DNA of 64,000 bases from Amoebidium appalachense (lineage: Eukaryota; Protista; Ichthyosporea). The notes below the pieces were generated by a model, which saw only the letters and a list, made by a program, of their open reading frames with translations, was not told the DNA's origin and did no database searches. The DNA is taken from contig CAVNZM010000001.1 of NCBI GenBank assembly GCA_963693365.1, positions 15,743,840 to 15,807,839 on the forward strand. Reading direction: 5' to 3'. Below, piece by piece: positions 1 through 12,389 of the stretch (position 1 is its first letter; every line of letters begins with the position of its first letter). Both the position numbers and the translations under genes were made by a program.

Positions 1-162
1 TGGCACTGTTCTGCAACTTCGCGCGCAGTTGCGGATTCCTATTGGTTCGCAGGTTTATCCTTGCCGAAGCTGGTGGGTCAAACAAGTAGTGCGGACATTG
101 TGAATATGCATACATACAGTATATACATACATCATACATGCATACATACATACATACATACA

Positions 163-352
<190 letters not shown>

Positions 353-450
353 TGTTAACTATATCTATGTTAGCTTTGTGCGCTGTTCTGGTAGAATTCG
401 AACCGTAGAAGGCACCCTGCTACCTTTGGAGGTAGCTCTTATTTTTCAAG

Positions 451-669
451 GCTGACAAAACTCTCCTTCCGAAGCGACTGATCACGCGCCAACGTCTTAT
501 ACCCTTGAAAAATAGAGAGTATACGGCGGCTGAGACCACAGTCGAACGTGGCAGAGGCACCAAACAAACAAAGTTGTCCAGTACTGAGTGTTCACGTGCA
601 CGAACATCCCCATATGATCTCCGCAGAAGTATATGGGTTGGAGCCAAAGTCAGTACATGGCAACCCTAA
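451..669 (+). CDS. Possible terminal exon of a gene starting left of the window (ADKTLLPKRLITRQRLIPLKNREY...SPYDLRRSIWVGAKVSTWQP*)
   Basis: Candidate acceptor tttttcaag| at 450, then an open frame to TAA at 667-669; a candidate donor (cag|gttt) lies at ~52. No recognisable domain, and exon phases could not be reconciled. Confidence 0.25.
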   Translation, partial: ADKTLLPKRLITRQRLIPLKNREYTAAETTVERGRGTKQTKLSSTECSRARTSPYDLRRSIWVGAKVSTWQP

Positions 670-1212
670 ACCCTAAATAAATAATATGGGCTTTATTTTG
701 TATATTTCGACCTACTGTCCTTTATTTGCCTTCACTTCAGCGTTCATGAGGACCAGTCAAGTTTCCCGCCGGTATGGTGCCTCAAACATTCCAGAGTATC
801 AGGTATCAGGAGTTTAAATTTCCAACCCTGCCTCAAAAGCTACACAGAAATTGATAGTGATTGGCTCAGTCCGTCTAATGGCATGCAGGTGCATTCCAGT
901 GATACTTGCCCCGTTATTAACACCGGGACTCTTGAAGTTCGACGGCTTTTTCTCTACAGTACCTTGAACTCCCGTTCTAAGGGAACCTTTCTAATACTAC
1001 TAATTTATAAGGGTCACTAGGCCTTTTTTTTTAAAGGACCTATATATCTCTAATCTACTTTTGTTGGCAATAGAGCCCTCGAATCAGGGATTCCGGACCC
1101 GGCCAGCGCCCGGCTGCTCACGCGGACTTCAGGAGGAATCACATTTTGCGTTTTAACTTTTCGCCTTTGTAAGGTACGTCACCTTACCAGGAACCGAAAT
1201 TCTAAATTGGGA

Positions 1213-1417
1213 CCACGGTCCTGTAGGCGTTCACTTTGACGTCGTTTGTAGCTACCGTTTTTCTGTGCACCTTTTTTTTTGGTGATAAAGCTTTAAGGGA
1301 GTTTAGGCAAGGGGCTGTCCACGGTCCTGTAGGCGTTCACTTTAACGTCGTTTGTCTATGGTTATCCTGTGCACTTTTTTTTTTTTGGTGAAAAAGGGAG
1401 TTTTGGCAAGGGGCTGT
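1213..1417 (+). repeat. Imperfect tandem duplication, 2 x ~100-105 bp, upstream of the GPCR
   Basis: Both units begin ccacggtcctgtaggcgttcactttRacgtcgtttgt (1213 and 1319) and end ggcaaggggctgt. Confidence 0.9.
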
Positions 1418-1806
1418 GCATATACAAACACGAGCACTAGCACAAGGTTTTTTTAGCTTTCCTTTGCCTGAAAGTTAGCTGATAGTAATAACCACATACG
1501 ACCGAAAGGGGATAGAGCAAATCACCCATTTAGTATCAGTGAACTTTGCAGCAAAAGGTTATTCCTATGAGTACTTACTCTCTTTATCATAGGTTTTTAG
1601 TTTATAACACAATGCAGACAAGCTTCACCGTACCTGCAAATATATGCGCTGGTTAACCTAGATGGAGCATAATGGTTAGGTGCGACTGGTAGTCTCCTGT
1701 TCAAAGCTGAAACTTTCTTTTGTCATTTTTGCGTTCTTTTTGAGGCAGTTGGTGGCAATCGAGATAGCCCACCTGATTTTTTTCCTTCGGGGTTTCCGAA
1801 ACCAAC

Positions 1807-3390
1807 ATGCTAGTCCCCGGAGCATTCTTCAGCTCTTCGGAGCAAAAAGCTATCGTCATAGCCCGCACAGTGAGTTCCATTGCGGGTCTGATTGGGTCGT
1901 TCACAATCGTGGCTATGTTTGCAAAGACAAAATTATCCCAGCGCCTTGCACGTCACTACATCTTGATGGGCATGTCTCTTGCTGAGATATGCGGGAACAT
2001 TGGCGCCACTATGAGCTTGTGGATATATGCCAACACGCCCATGTGTAGCCTTCAGGTACGTGTCAGAACAGGTTAGAAAAAGGGTTGCAAAACCTTGAGA
2101 AAAGAGAACGGACATAGCTATATAAACGTTGTTGCAAGGTAAAAAGAAGGAGACCCAGTGCACAACGGGAGGAAAGAGAGCATCTAGAAACTGGTGCACG
2201 TTTAGAAAGCAGCCGTGAGGACTTATGGGTGAGAGTGGTGCCTTGCTACGTGAGCAACAATCAACTACAGTGTCCTGTTTCAACACCTCAAGGCTCTCAT
2301 TTTCATTTCTGTTCGGTTTCTTGCGTGCACGAGTCTTTACTTCTAAGCCCGAAAGTGACGTTTCCTCTTCCCTCCCCTCCCCCCCCCCCCCCCCCTCCCC
2401 CCCCCCCCCCTCCCCCCCCCCCCCTCCCCCCACCCAAAAACCCTCCCCTCTCTTCTTTCTCTGCCTTCTCCCCTCCAACCAATATCCGGCGGGTTGCAAC
2501 GGCACATGATTTCGCTTCATAGTAGGAGGATTGCTTGCCATGACCCAGTGGACATCCTTGTGTATTTTGGACACACATTATGCTTATTGTGTTATTTGAG
2601 GGGAAAAAAACTGCCAGTCTACTATGATGCTTAGTCATACTAGTCCAGTCGTATTAGTATTGTATTGGCTCCAATGTAGTAAAATCTGATCTCCATTTCT
2701 CCGCAGGGATTCCTGATCCACCAATGGATAGCAGCGGCACTGTGGACAAGCGCCCTGGCCATCGACATGATTTTACGATTGATATTCCTGTGGAAAGACG
2801 GCCGCACACGGAAGCTCCTGCCGTATTACGCGTTTTTCTTTTACGGATTTTCTGTCACTACAGGATTGGCGATCCTCGGCATGGGCCATTACGGCGACGC
2901 CCTTTTGTGGTGTTGGATCGCGAAACCTTATCCAATGGAACGCATTGGTTTCTTCTACGGTCCACTATGGGCTGTGTGTGTATTCTTGACAGTTGCCATC
3001 ATCGTCATTCTTGTGTATCTTACGCGGGTGTGGGGGCGCAACACTGTGTCGGGTGATCGTTCCGTTGCCAATCTATCCGTCAGTTTGCAGCTTACTTCAT
3101 ATCTTCTGGCGTTTGTTATTCTTTGGATCCCTTCTTCCGTAGCGCGCATTCAACAGATGCTCGCACCGTCCAACCCATCGTTCGCTTTGGTTTTCGCACA
3201 GGCGCTTTTCCTTCCCCTCCAGGGGTTGATTAACCTTCTGGTGTATATTGGGCCGAGCGTGATTCGGCGAGTGGTGAACGAACACAAAACACGAACAAAA
3301 ACGAGATCCACATCCACGGAACCGAAGCCTAGCCGATTGGCTACGTCAGTCGGGGAGCGCCGTCATGGTGGCGGCGGCTGCACGTGGTAG
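1807..3390 (+). CDS. 7TM GPCR, cAMP-receptor-like (Dicty_CAR)/Git3 family, ~310 aa, 2 exons
   Basis: Exons 1807-2055 (cag|gtacgt) and 2707-3390 (ccgcag|), phase 0. Spliced sequence has CSLQGFLIHQWIAAALWTSALAIDM (TM3), YGDALLWCWI (ECL2), YLLAFVILWIPSSVARI (TM6) and PLQGLINLLVY (TM7), typical of the CAR/Git3-like family. Confidence 0.85.
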
Positions 3391-4471
3391 CGAACATGTC
3401 ACCGACACACACCTGTTAAAGACGGATGCGCATGGGCATACTTCGCACCTTAAAGTGACGTCGTTGGATGAGTTTGTAGGCGCCGGATTAGCTAATCTGC
3501 CCGTGGTCGGCGGCAATTTGCTAGACGAGGAGGGTTCATCTAATTCGCAAAGCGGCGATGAGGAACGAGGGGAGGATGATAGTTCAGAAGGTAGCCACGT
3601 GCATGTTTTGTCGTCACTTGCCGTAAATGTGGTCCACGGGATAACACACATCGGGATTCATGGCTTGGAGGTTCATGATGGAAGCCGTGAGAGAACTTGA
3701 AGTTACGCTTTAGCTCGGAAACCAATGTTAACTGTTAGTCTAGAATCTGTTAGCGAATGATTTCGAAGCGTTTTTTCGTTTTCTTTCGATACCTTCATAT
3801 GCCATGTACTATATTAGGTTTGAAAACTACAGCACAAGGGAGTCGACGTCAGTTTTATGAGTGACAGTATATATTTGGTAAAAACTTTAAGGGGGCCCGG
3901 GGTAGTTCAATTGCGACTGAAGATCAGATGTATTTAAGTGATGCATAGAGTCACTGGGGCTGAGCGGCATGTATTTTATATTAAGGTAGCTGCATCCTCA
4001 CCTGCCTGTTTGTTTACAATCTCCTTGGTGTGAAATTACACATGTATCACCAGTGCATGCATTTGACAATCATGGTCGCTTTTTGGGATACTTCGTAAGA
4101 GTTGTACCTGTTATTTTCTTTTTTTGATTTGTACCTTATCACCATTTAGAATTACCTTTATTAATATATTACGTCATTTAGAAATGGTTTTTTTTTTAAA
4201 AAAATCCCTTCAGGCCTGGGAGACAAGACACGAGAAAACGAGCTATTGAGTATACCGCAGTCGATATATATATATCAGTGCACGAAAGTCCGAAAGAAGC
4301 CTCTTGAGTTGTAGTTGGTCGGGAATTGTCTAAGATGTCCGGATCATGTACGCGCGAAGATAATACAATTGGCTGAACCTGTTTGGTGACTCAAGTGTGC
4401 TGGGACGGCCCAGGAGTGCATCAGCTTTTATTTACTCTTTAGCCTCCATCCCATCCCCGCCTCCGGAATCC

Positions 4472-4517
<46 letters not shown>

Positions 4518-4989
4518 ACACATGAGCAAATCATACTACTGTAACAGCAAGGTTTACTGCATATCTATTACAGAAACGTTCTATTGCAGTTAATTCCCTT
4601 AAATAAAGTTGTAACCCCAAACACGTGAATCAGTTTTAAGAGGTCCTAGGTCATAAGTCCTCGTATGATACCTGTTCTTACCCCCCCGGGGAGGGGGGGG
4701 GGGGGGGGGGGGGGGGTGGAGGGGGAGGGAGGGAGGGGGACTGGTGATATCAGAAAGCAGTCTGTGTGAGTTGTCCGGCCGCCGGAGGAGCCGAAATCTA
4801 GATCCTCGCATTTCTTGCATAAATACATAGTGTCTGACTCGAACGGTTTAGCTGCATACATCCGTATGTGTGGATGCGCCCAGCCGAATAAGGGTGGGCC
4901 AAGGGGACAGAGGGTCCGGGGCCTGAGCCTCATATGATGCCTGCGGCCTATCGAGGTGTGTGTGTGTGTGTACACGAACATGTCACGTA

Positions 4990-5071
<82 letters not shown>

Positions 5072-5975
5072 GCCGTGTTTGTGTGTGTTTAAGTATGTGT
5101 GTGTCTGTGTGTGTACGGTGCGTGTCAGTGTGCGTGCACGTGCGTGCGTGGACGTGTGTGCATCCACGGCTTTGCCGATGGTGTGGTGCTTGTGCAGCAA
5201 ACTTGCATGTAATGATCGAAACTTAGCCGATATATGATACCATTTTAATGCAAGATGCATACACAAGATGATAATTGTGATTACCAGCCACGCCACTGCA
5301 TGTGCAAGTGCATGTTGGGCTAAACTAGGCACCTTTTGCACGGTGTGTGAAACAATCTGTTAAGTGATATGCGTGTGTGGCCAGGGGGTGGGTAGGGACG
5401 TCAGTAGGGACGTCAGGGATCAATGACTTGCCATATGATCTATATATATTTTATATCCGGCACGCTCTATGCGCTAAATGGGCTTCTTCAATTAAGAAAA
5501 AATCGATTAAAAGACACCTACATTTCACATTTTGTACTTCGATTCACCATTGTGTACATAAAGAACAGCGTGGCCCGATGTATGCTTTCAATGCGTCAGA
5601 TCTGGCTCTCACGTTGTAACTAACATCGCGTATCTGTAAAAGTAGACGGAACCATATAAAAATACCGACAAATATACATTATCGCTGAATAAAAAGTTTC
5701 TGCTAATCAATAATCTCGTAAAGTGCAAATATTACTGATGATATTCTACAATAATGAGGTTTGCATGTACCACTGAAATGAATGCACACCACGTAAAAAG
5801 AGTCTAGACCGGGCCAATTTACTATCATACAGCGCGCTATATATACAGCGATTCTTCATATCCTGCCACATGTACAATTTGGGATCATTCATGGTCGGTG
5901 CATGTTGCATGTATCACAATAGCCGTGCGGTACTATGTTTAAACAGCTTTTGGGCCTGTGAATACGATGATGTGT

Positions 5976-6050
<75 letters not shown>

Positions 6051-6349
6051 TGTGTGTGTTGAATGCGGGGGGAGGGGGGGGGGGGGGGGGGAGGGGGGGA
6101 GGGCTCCTGGTGTCTTTGTTGTTTGTTTAAACAATTGGATGTCTGTGGTATTGAGTGTCAGAATGTTACGGTGTGTATGTGTATGTTTGTGTGCATGTTG
6201 ATGTCCTAGCGTATGTGCATGTGTGCCTACAAAATTGCATTATTGGTGCAACGTCTGTGTCAGACCTGTGTGTTTAAAATTACGGACCTTCAATTCCGAC
6301 AGCAGGAAAACTTAAAACCGAAGTTCAATAAAAGCCCATCCGACTACAT

Positions 6350-7259
6350 TTACATGTCTGTGCAATCACGTGCAGTGGCGCCCAGATGGTTGTAGCACAA
6401 ACCCTCAAACACCTTCACAGCCACCGCCGATCCAAGTTTGAGCCCTCCCATATTTCCGTTGCGGATATGTATCCCCCCGTACAGGCGGCTCAACCCCGCC
6501 TCTTTCGCCGTGTCGAAAAACGTGGAGTATGGGCCGAGCGTGGCATCTTTCTTGGGCACGAAGTTGTTTTCGGAATTTAGGCTGGGGTCTATTTTGCACG
6601 ACCGAAATTTGCAGGGTTTTCCCTCGAAATTTGTCCCATTCGCACTGCAGTACGGCTCGACGTGCGAGGTGCCTTTGGCGACTGTAATTTCAAGGGGGGC
6701 ACTTGGCCACGACGAATTTCCAGTGAACATTGCCAGGATTTGGGCCGAGGCCGCCGAGAACGACGAATGGCCCGAGGGAAATTCGGGAAAGGGGGGTGTA
6801 ATGAAATTTTCGCTCTGGTATGGCAACCACTCGCTGCCAGTTATATTAACGGGCGGACAGTAAGGGGACTGATACTGATTGGTCAACACAACGGACGGGA
6901 ATTTGGTTGGAATGTACGTCGCCGGGCGTGCGGTATTGAAAGAGCATTTTTGGCGCCAACATGAAGTGACGACATCGTAATTTGCGACCGCAACAAACGC
7001 CAACATTTTTATTGCCTGGTGCAACGAGTAGTTTTTCGCACGGGCCACGTGCTGCATCGAGAGGAGGATCCAGTGTCCCGGTGGAAGAATGCTGTTCGGC
7101 CCGTCTGCCCAGTAGTCTGCTATCACCTGTAAGTGTACGTGTATGTGCATGTGTGTGCATGTGTGTGTGTATACGTGTGTGTGTGATGTGTGTGTGTGTG
7201 TGTGGAAGTGTGTGCCTGTGTCTGTGTGTGCTTGTCACCGTGTGTGTGTGTGTGTGTGT

Positions 7260-7324
<65 letters not shown>

Positions 7325-8997
7325 TGTGAATGTGTGTGGGTGGGTGGGTGAATGTTGTGTTCACATTTTTTGTGTTAGTGGGTGTAAGGAATCCGAACCG
7401 TGATGTGACCCGATTTATGGCGTTTCTGCTATTGCTATATATATGGGGGGGGGGGGGGGGGGGGGGGGGGGAGGTGTCCAGAGGGGGCGGGGGCTGGGGG
7501 GGGGGGGGGAAGGGGGGGAGGGGGGCGAGAATTTCGGAAAGAAATCAAGAGAAACAGATTCCGTGAGTTCAGGTTTGTTGCAGCCCGTCAGGAAGGAGAA
7601 GGAGAGGATAAGGCAAGAAGGGTGGGTGGGAGGGTGAGTGGTGGTGGTGGTGGTGGTGGTTGGGGGGAGGGGGGGAGGGGTGGTTAGTGAGGGGATGGGA
7701 ATGGAAGGCACACTGAACGGAAAAGACTAGAAAAACAGCTGTATAACGACAGACTAGAAAAACAGCTGTAAAGACTAGAAAAACAGCCGTATAAACACAA
7801 GGAAAAGACTAGAAAAACAGCTGCGTAACGGAAGAAGTTTGTGCTTTCCCCTTCTCTCTGTACGTGCGTATGCATGTGCTGATGCCATGTGTTACGTGTG
7901 AATACACTATGCACACTCGTCCATGGGCATGTGTTTGTCTGCATGTATGGAAGGGAGTTGGAGTTTTGAGGGGGGGAGGGGGGAGGATGCCTATCAGGGA
8001 AAGGTAGAAAGTGTGTGGGTTGGTTTGATAAGGAAGTCAAGGAAACGGGTCAAAGCACACCTTATTGAGCGAGTTGTTGGCTGTGAGGGTCTCCTGCATG
8101 GCCGTCAGCTCCAACATCTGCTCGTCGTAGTGTGCCTTGTCCGCAATCAGTTTGGCCTCTGGACTATCATCCTCGGGGAAAAACATGTCTGGGTTAGTGA
8201 AATAGGTGGCCATCATACCGGCATGGGGGAGAAGAAATGGTTTGCTGAGCCTTAGAGGGGGCCTGACTACATCGCCCCAGTTGTAAACGTTGCGTACTTT
8301 GCGGCGGGAGTTTAGGATGGTCGATGCATTTGTAACGTCGAAAGGATCGTTGACGGGGTAGAAATTCGTGGTGTCGCGGTAGCATGAGTTTTGGTGTGAA
8401 CGATCTTTGCGTAGGAAATTGTCTATGTATGTTTGTGTCATGTTGTATGCAAGTCGTGAGGAGAAAGTGGTGTTCTGTGTTGCGTTGATACCGAAGGCTG
8501 AGAGAAAAACTTTTTCCAACGTCTGCATACGGTTGGGGAGAAGGAAGGAGAGAACCTGGAAAACGGCGTGTGTCAAAGACTCTTCCAGGCTGGTCTGTGT
8601 GTTGTTTTCTCCGGTCACACGTGGATGCAGTGGTTCATCACCAAGTGCAATAGGTGTCACATTTTCCGTGTGCAAGCTCCAAACATTGAACATGCTCACT
8701 GCACACGCCGCGTATGCGCGGGCAGCCCCCGGGGGAGTGTATATCCCGGGTCCCCTCCCCGGTACAGTTTTCCGTTGATTGAAGCCCTTCCCTTGCGATT
8801 GTTTCGAGGCATTTATACATTAGTAGTTCTGCGCGTGTGCTGTTGTGGCTGGCAGTGAAGTTCACGTTGGGAAGACTGGGAACGGGGGGGACAACCGGTT
8901 GTGTGTTTGGAGCCGATAGGTCTGTTGCTGCACCGGCACACAGTGAGAAGATGTGTGCTACCGCAAACAGCGATGAACACAACAGGTGTGGACCCAT
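6350..8997 (-). CDS. Secreted vanadium-dependent haloperoxidase-like / PAP2 superfamily protein; apparent +1 frameshift near 8745-8815
   Basis: N-terminal hydrophobic signal (MGPHLLCSSLFAVAHIFSLCAGAA). After a frame change comes IYTPPGAARAYAACAVSMFNVW. Exon 1 ends at 8061 (aag|gtgtgc); exon 2 is 7126-6350 (ttacag|). Motifs: KVIADYWADGP, WRQKCSFNTARP (KxxxxxxRP), TPPFPEFPSGHS, SRLYGGIH. Confidence 0.8.
7722..7823. repeat. Short tandem repeat (agactagaaaaacagc x4) inside the haloperoxidase intron
   Basis: Four copies of the motif with variable spacers. Confidence 0.85.
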
Positions 8998-10447
8998 CGT
9001 TGTTTGAGGTGTGTGTGCCTGGTAAGAATGATCACTTCTTCAATGCTAACCCTGGTGTATACGTGTTGAAGTACCCACATGCATGTATGGATGGGTGTGA
9101 AAGTGTGTTGGCGCGAAGTCTCAAAGAGGTAAAGATGCTCAGTAGGAGTGGGTGGCCTGTCAGACCAGACTGCAATTGCCCTCAAGTTGCTGGGTGTGAT
9201 TGGTCACCAGGTAGCTGGATCTCTTGTTACCTATTCGTAAAGTGTGCGTGTTAATAACAGATTATCCTTGAAGGCAGCGTAACGCTCGAGGTCTACCACA
9301 TGTATTCATGCTGACAACAACAAGGCCTCCTTATCTTCCGAATCTGTTACAGTGACTAGGCTACTAAACAGGCGAGCGGCCATTGGCGTATTTTAGTGTT
9401 GGAATGCGCGTATTATCCATATAAAGTAAAGACCCTTATAGATATCATGGATATTGGTTTCCTGTTTACAGGATATTAAAAGTTGCTGTTGATTATTACT
9501 TTATAAGAATTTATTTTAATTGGTTTAAAAAACCTTCTTAAACGAGAATTCATAAAACATTTCTAGATTTCGCATTGCCGCACTCAGTTTACCCGCCCAA
9601 ATTCTCTCCAAGCCAATCGGAGCTAAGAAAAGTTTTATGTACATTTATTTATTGATCCGACAAAAGCCGCAGAGGCAAGATGATGGACATTTATTTCCTT
9701 AGATATGAGGCCTCAAAGCACACATTTTTAAATAGTTTGAAAACACATAAACAGTATACATATATGTATGTAAATATATTCACAGGATGCGATTGTACAC
9801 ATAATCAACCGGGCCAACCAGCAAACGCACTTGTACGACGTACATTCCTTCTAAGCATTCCATTAGTTATAGATCTCCCAAGGTAGTCCACCTGGAGTAG
9901 TACCCATGTCCGGCGTTGTCTTTGGATTAGTTGTGTGTTATCTGCATGTAGTAGCGTATTTAAAAAATGCACCTTGCTATCAGAAAAAATCACAAGACAA
10001 AGGAGACATACATGCTACAGCTCGTGTACAATAGCTGCCATGGAGCGGCAGTGCACCTGGCAGGCCGGAGCAGGCATGCGCATGTCCCAACCAGATGCTG
10101 CATTATGTTTTTGGATATATTGTTGCATGATACAAATCCAATCGTGTTTGCTTTTGTGCTGTGGTGAGGCCTCAAAGCCGCTTTACAGTCGCTGCCGCAG
10201 GAGATTTTTGAATCGAAAAGGTACTATGGTGGCGCACAACAGCATGGCTAAAACTGGCACATAGGTGTAGCTAATGCATAAATGCGTTTTTTTAACTTAT
10301 TGCAATGACACGTAAGAAATATTCTCTGTGAGTTGTTACATGAGCCACGAGGACATGGAAACAAAGTGAGATGACCAACCAATAATATATCACCTCTGAC
10401 ACAAGCGAATGTCCGAAAATGAGAGCCCCGGAACCTGCGGGAATGGC

Positions 10448-10455
10448 TATATAAA
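10448..10455 (+). promoter_or_regulatory. Putative TATA box for the Cys-rich secreted protein gene
   Basis: TATATAAA ~100 bp upstream of ATG 10552; CCAAT at ~10379. Confidence 0.5.
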
Positions 10456-10551
10456 CACGGGACCATGTCTCCTCAGGGCCACTTACAGTTCAGGTATTCA
10501 ACTTGGAAAACTCTCGAAGTCGACCCTTCGGGCTCACATCAACAACCAACC

Positions 10552-11307
10552 ATGGCTACTCTCGCTGTTATCTCCGCCCTTCTCGCCGTGTCCTACGCCA
10601 TTCCCACCTCCTCTGGCATGGACATGCCCAACTCTGTCGCCACCGCTAACAGTGACTCTCTCTCCCTCCGCCGCGCCGTCCGCTCCGCGAGTGAATGCAC
10701 CAAGTCCGCAAATTACACTGTCCCCAAGGGTACGGAGGATGGTGATGGTGGTGATGAAGATTGTGAAGATGACTGCGATTGTAATGGCCTGCGCATTTGC
10801 AGCGCCTCGGATGGTGTGTGTGTTGGAAACACAACCCTTTCATGCACCGACCCCAAGTACAACTACACGGAGAAAATGCGGACAAAGGACAACAAGGGCA
10901 AGAAGCTGGTGACGGGGCCGGTTGAGTGCCTGAGTGCATGTGACTGCAACGGGACACGCGAGTGTTCTGTCTTTGGCACGTGCTACACACCACCCACCAA
11001 CGACGAATACAACAAACTCATTGACGCGGTTCTGGCTGGCGAAGAGGTCTGCCTGCCGCCCCAGTTTGAAGGCAGCCCGAAGGGTTCCAATGAGACGTTT
11101 TTCTCCATCATGCCCGGGACAAGCCTGCATGTGAACTCAGGGGAGAGCCTCAATGACGTCATGAAGGGCTGGCGTAGGTGCAACACGGAGGTCAAGTGCA
11201 AGAAGTACCAGAACTATTTCCGTGGGGGTGTGCAGCTGTGCGAGCTGGGCGCTTCAAGCGATGATGGCTACCAGTGCACTAAGAAGACTTGCTGCAAGCG
11301 CAACTAG
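10552..11307 (+). CDS. Intronless secreted cysteine-rich protein (~251 aa) with two CxxxCDCNGxRxCS...GxC repeats
   Basis: Start context aaccATGG; signal peptide MATLAVISALLAVSYA; possible dibasic site LRRAVR; repeats CEDDCDCNGLRICSASDGVC and CLSACDCNGTRECSVFGTC; Cys-rich C-terminus; C/G-ending codon bias. Confidence 0.85.
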   Translation: MATLAVISALLAVSYAIPTSSGMDMPNSVATANSDSLSLRRAVRSASECTKSANYTVPKGTEDGDGGDEDCEDDCDCNGLRICSASDGVCVGNTTLSCTDPKYNYTEKMRTKDNKGKKLVTGPVECLSACDCNGTRECSVFGTCYTPPTNDEYNKLIDAVLAGEEVCLPPQFEGSPKGSNETFFSIMPGTSLHVNSGESLNDVMKGWRRCNTEVKCKKYQNYFRGGVQLCELGASSDDGYQCTKKTCCKRN

Positions 11308-11402
11308 GCTACACGTGCAAGTGGAAAATACTTTGATATCTCCCCCCCCCCCCCCCCCCCCCCCCCCTCCCCTTCTTTTTTCATTTCTTAACTTTCTTTT
11401 CC

Positions 11403-11442
<40 letters not shown>

Positions 11443-12358
11443 ATGACGATTAGTTTTCTTCTTTCGAATTCCTGTTAATCTCCTTTTCCCCTCAGTTTTT
11501 CAGAGTCTTTCATTTTGCTTTTGCGAATTTTCGGACTTGCTACTATCTATGTTACATGTACGACAGGCAACCTGTACCTGAATGTATGCACTGGATGCAT
11601 GCTCGACGGCAACCTTAACAATTTAAAAAAAAAAAAAAAAAACATGATGCTTACCGTAATAGTTATGCAGTGTGACACTGTGTGTGCGCGCGTGTCTGTG
11701 CCCGTGTAAAGCTGAACGAATGTGTATGCAGCACAGTATGTCACGGTATGTGTGTCCTTGTGACTGTGTGCCATTTTAGCACAGTAGGGGTCGCGATATA
11801 GGATATGTGTGTGTGTGTAGGCTGTGTACACGATGTGTTCATGCTTTGCGGCTGTGTGTTTACCGCTCTACATGTTAAGCTTGCTGCGCTTGTGTGCGAG
11901 TATGGCCTCTTATGTAAATTTGATGGGTTTGCCGGCCAATGCTGTTTGTGAGTATGTATGAGTTTTACGTGTGTGGAAGTGTGTGTCTGCTTTACCTGTG
12001 GGTTTTGTTTGTGCCCGGCTAATATTTTGCGTGGCAAGGGCGCGCTTAACAGAGTACCTCTTTATAACATCGGTACTGTACTTAGACTGAGCCCGTAATG
12101 TGGGTAAGGGATGCCACTGAGGATGGGAAAGAAACGAAGGGGAGACGGGGCGGAGGGGGAGGGGGGTTGGGAGTACAATGAGGAAGAGAAAGGTAGGAGT
12201 TTTAGGCCACGATGGGAGATGGGGGCAGGGGGGGGGGGGGGGGGGGGGGAGGATGCCAATTTGGTACGGCTGTCACGACACGGGTCTTCCAATTTCTCCC
12301 CCCTCCCTCCCCCCCTCCCCCCCCTCCCCTCCCCCCCCCCCATCCCCCCTCCCCTCCC

Positions 12359-12389
<31 letters not shown>

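Noticed and set aside
662-677. aaccctaaaccctaaa telomere-like repeat
   Set aside because: Only two units and interstitial; compatible with chance.
4646-5341. 231-aa minus-strand ORF with a CKKC motif
   Set aside because: Spans a microsatellite; no recognisable domain or convincing exon chain.
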